NCBI RefSeq assembly: GCF_964355755.1
Contig: NC_092675.1
Span: 4,459,812-4,523,811 of the forward strand
Direction of reading: 5' to 3'
Source of the DNA: Antedon mediterranea
Taxonomy: Eukaryota; Animalia; Echinodermata
Length of the DNA: 64,000 bases
Positions 62,269 to 64,000 of this stretch are shown here, one piece after another; the stretch's first letter is position 1, and every line of letters starts with the position of its first letter. The notes beneath the pieces are model-generated. The model was not told the DNA's origin, did no database searches, and saw only the letters and a list, made by a program, of their open reading frames with translations. The position numbers were made by a program, and so were the translations under genes.

Positions 62269-63941
62269 GTTGTTTTTATTTTCTTCGATTTTCTTTATCA
62301 TGGCTATTTTCGTGTATTTTAATTTTGGTATAAATGCATTCATAGAATTATTACGTTGATTTCCTTTTGTTGTTATTGCAGTTTTTAAGTTGTGAGGTAG
62401 GCCTAGGCCTAGCTAGGGGCCTAGTCATTCATGCGCTAGGGCAGCTCACTCATCATATGTCACATTGACAGTCTGGCCGGCGGAAGCCTCTCTCGTCCGC
62501 CGGCGTTGCCATTAGGCCTACTACTAGCTACTACTACTACTAGGCCTACTGGCCTACTACTCTAGGCTAGGCCTAGTTTGAACAGTGAGGTGAAAAACTG
62601 GTTTGAATGTCCATACATCTGGTCCTTTTTAATAAAAAAAATTGGATCGAAAACAAAATGATTTTAATTTAGCTGAAAAAACTGTAATTTAATGCAAAAA
62701 TAGGCCTAGTAGTAGTAGTAGTAGCTACTAGCTAGGCCCTAGTAGGTCACTTAATGGGTTTTGTTTGAATGTAACTGTTTATTTAATTTTTGTTCTCTAC
62801 AAAGTGATTATTAAAACTACATACAAAATAACATAGGCCTGGGCCTATTCAAAGTCTGAATTAATCATCATTTTTTTATGTTTTGGGGGGACAATACATC
62901 TTTAAATTGTTAAAATATATATTTTTTAATTAGAAGAAGAAGAAATTCATTCATCCATTGGTGGTGTTGTAGTAAATAGGACCCTATCTAATTGTTAGTA
63001 CAAACACACAGTATATATTATTTTTAATGAATGTTATGTGGGCTAATAATTAAAACTTTACATAATTAAAAGTGAATATCACACAAAAAAATAATTATTT
63101 ATTAACTAAATTGAAATACTGGGTTCAGTATTTAAGGGAAATATCTCCTTGAAAGTGGAAAGTTAATAAAATATTTGTAATAATGATACAGTATGATATT
63201 AATTACATAAATAATGAAACAAATATTTAGAATGAAACATTTAAGAGACCGGGCCATTAAAAAAATTAAATATGGGAATGACAGTTAATATAACCCTTTG
63301 TTTTTATAGATAAATCCAGAATATTTACAGTGACGACAAAATTTGTTTTATTGCTTGGTTTCCTCACATTCCTCGTTCATCTTTTCAAGAAGATAAAACC
63401 AAAGTTGATGCCAGTACCCGACATAAAATCTAGTATGTGTGCTTAATTTTTTTCTCATATAATAATTTTTCCATATTATTGACAATAGTAAACTGAGTGT
63501 AACTCTAATTTGATTCCAATCACGCATAATACGCACAATACGCACTACATCATCTCCTTTGCAACAAATCATTTCGCTTATATAATCTATTGTGATTTTA
63601 TCATAATGATAACCCAATAATGATATTGATTCTAAACAAATCAAATATGCCTTTTTCAAATTAGTTTAGGACCCCAGTGAGCTAGAGATAAAGATTGTCA
63701 ACCATTGTCAGTGTGCTCCCATCACACAAACACTATCTGACATTGCCTACCATTTTATATAATGAGTCATACCGAAGATAGTTTAACAATGGGTCATAGA
63801 TAGATAGAATAAAACAATCAAGATATAGAGAGCCTCTGCAACGTATCTTCACTAATCATTGATAAGACTAATATTGAGCACCAAATAAATATTCAAATTA
63901 TTATATAATCATCGACCTATAAATTATGTTATGTTATTATA

Positions 63942-64000
63942 CCGTAAATCTTCTAATAGTAACCCACACTCTAATATTAACCCCCTTCTAATAATAACCC
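63942..64000. mobile_element. Left end of a Tc1/mariner-pogo-like element
   Basis: ta|CCGTAAATCTTCTAATAGTAACCC with repeated CTAATA..AACCC subterminal units. Confidence 0.5.

Overview
AT-rich animal genomic DNA, read by eye. Gene content, intron positions and repeat types suggest an invertebrate deuterostome, possibly an echinoderm (inference). Four spliced protein-coding genes were reconstructed with GT-AG introns and consistent phases: (1) the 3' part of a GLIS3/GLIS1-type C2H2 zinc-finger factor (+, <1-22298); (2) a single-PDZ TAX1BP3/TIP-1 gene (-, 28341-30753, two candidate first exons); (3) a SARA/endofin (ZFYVE9/16) FYVE gene (-, 32624-42678, 15 coding exons); (4) a 9-exon S-adenosylmethionine synthase (MAT) (-, 49158-61519). 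A possible divergent gene starts near 62237, and a candidate 67-aa ORF lies head-to-head with TAX1BP3. Introns hold many MITEs (Harbinger-, Tc1/mariner-, Kolobok-, ISL2EU- and piggyBac-like), tRNA-derived SINEs and minisatellites. Best leads: a fully paired 73-nt tRNA-like cloverleaf with an aberrant anticodon loop inside MAT; a strand-asymmetric 69-nt hairpin overlapping a splice donor upstream of SARA; a chain of AUGA-overlapping uORFs at the SARA start; a MAT gene with no canonical METTL16 sensor site found; a C/EBP-site-rich MITE in MAT intron 1; and an RFX X-box array in a GLIS intron. No finding was confirmed by a search or computation, and none establishes a new system on its own.
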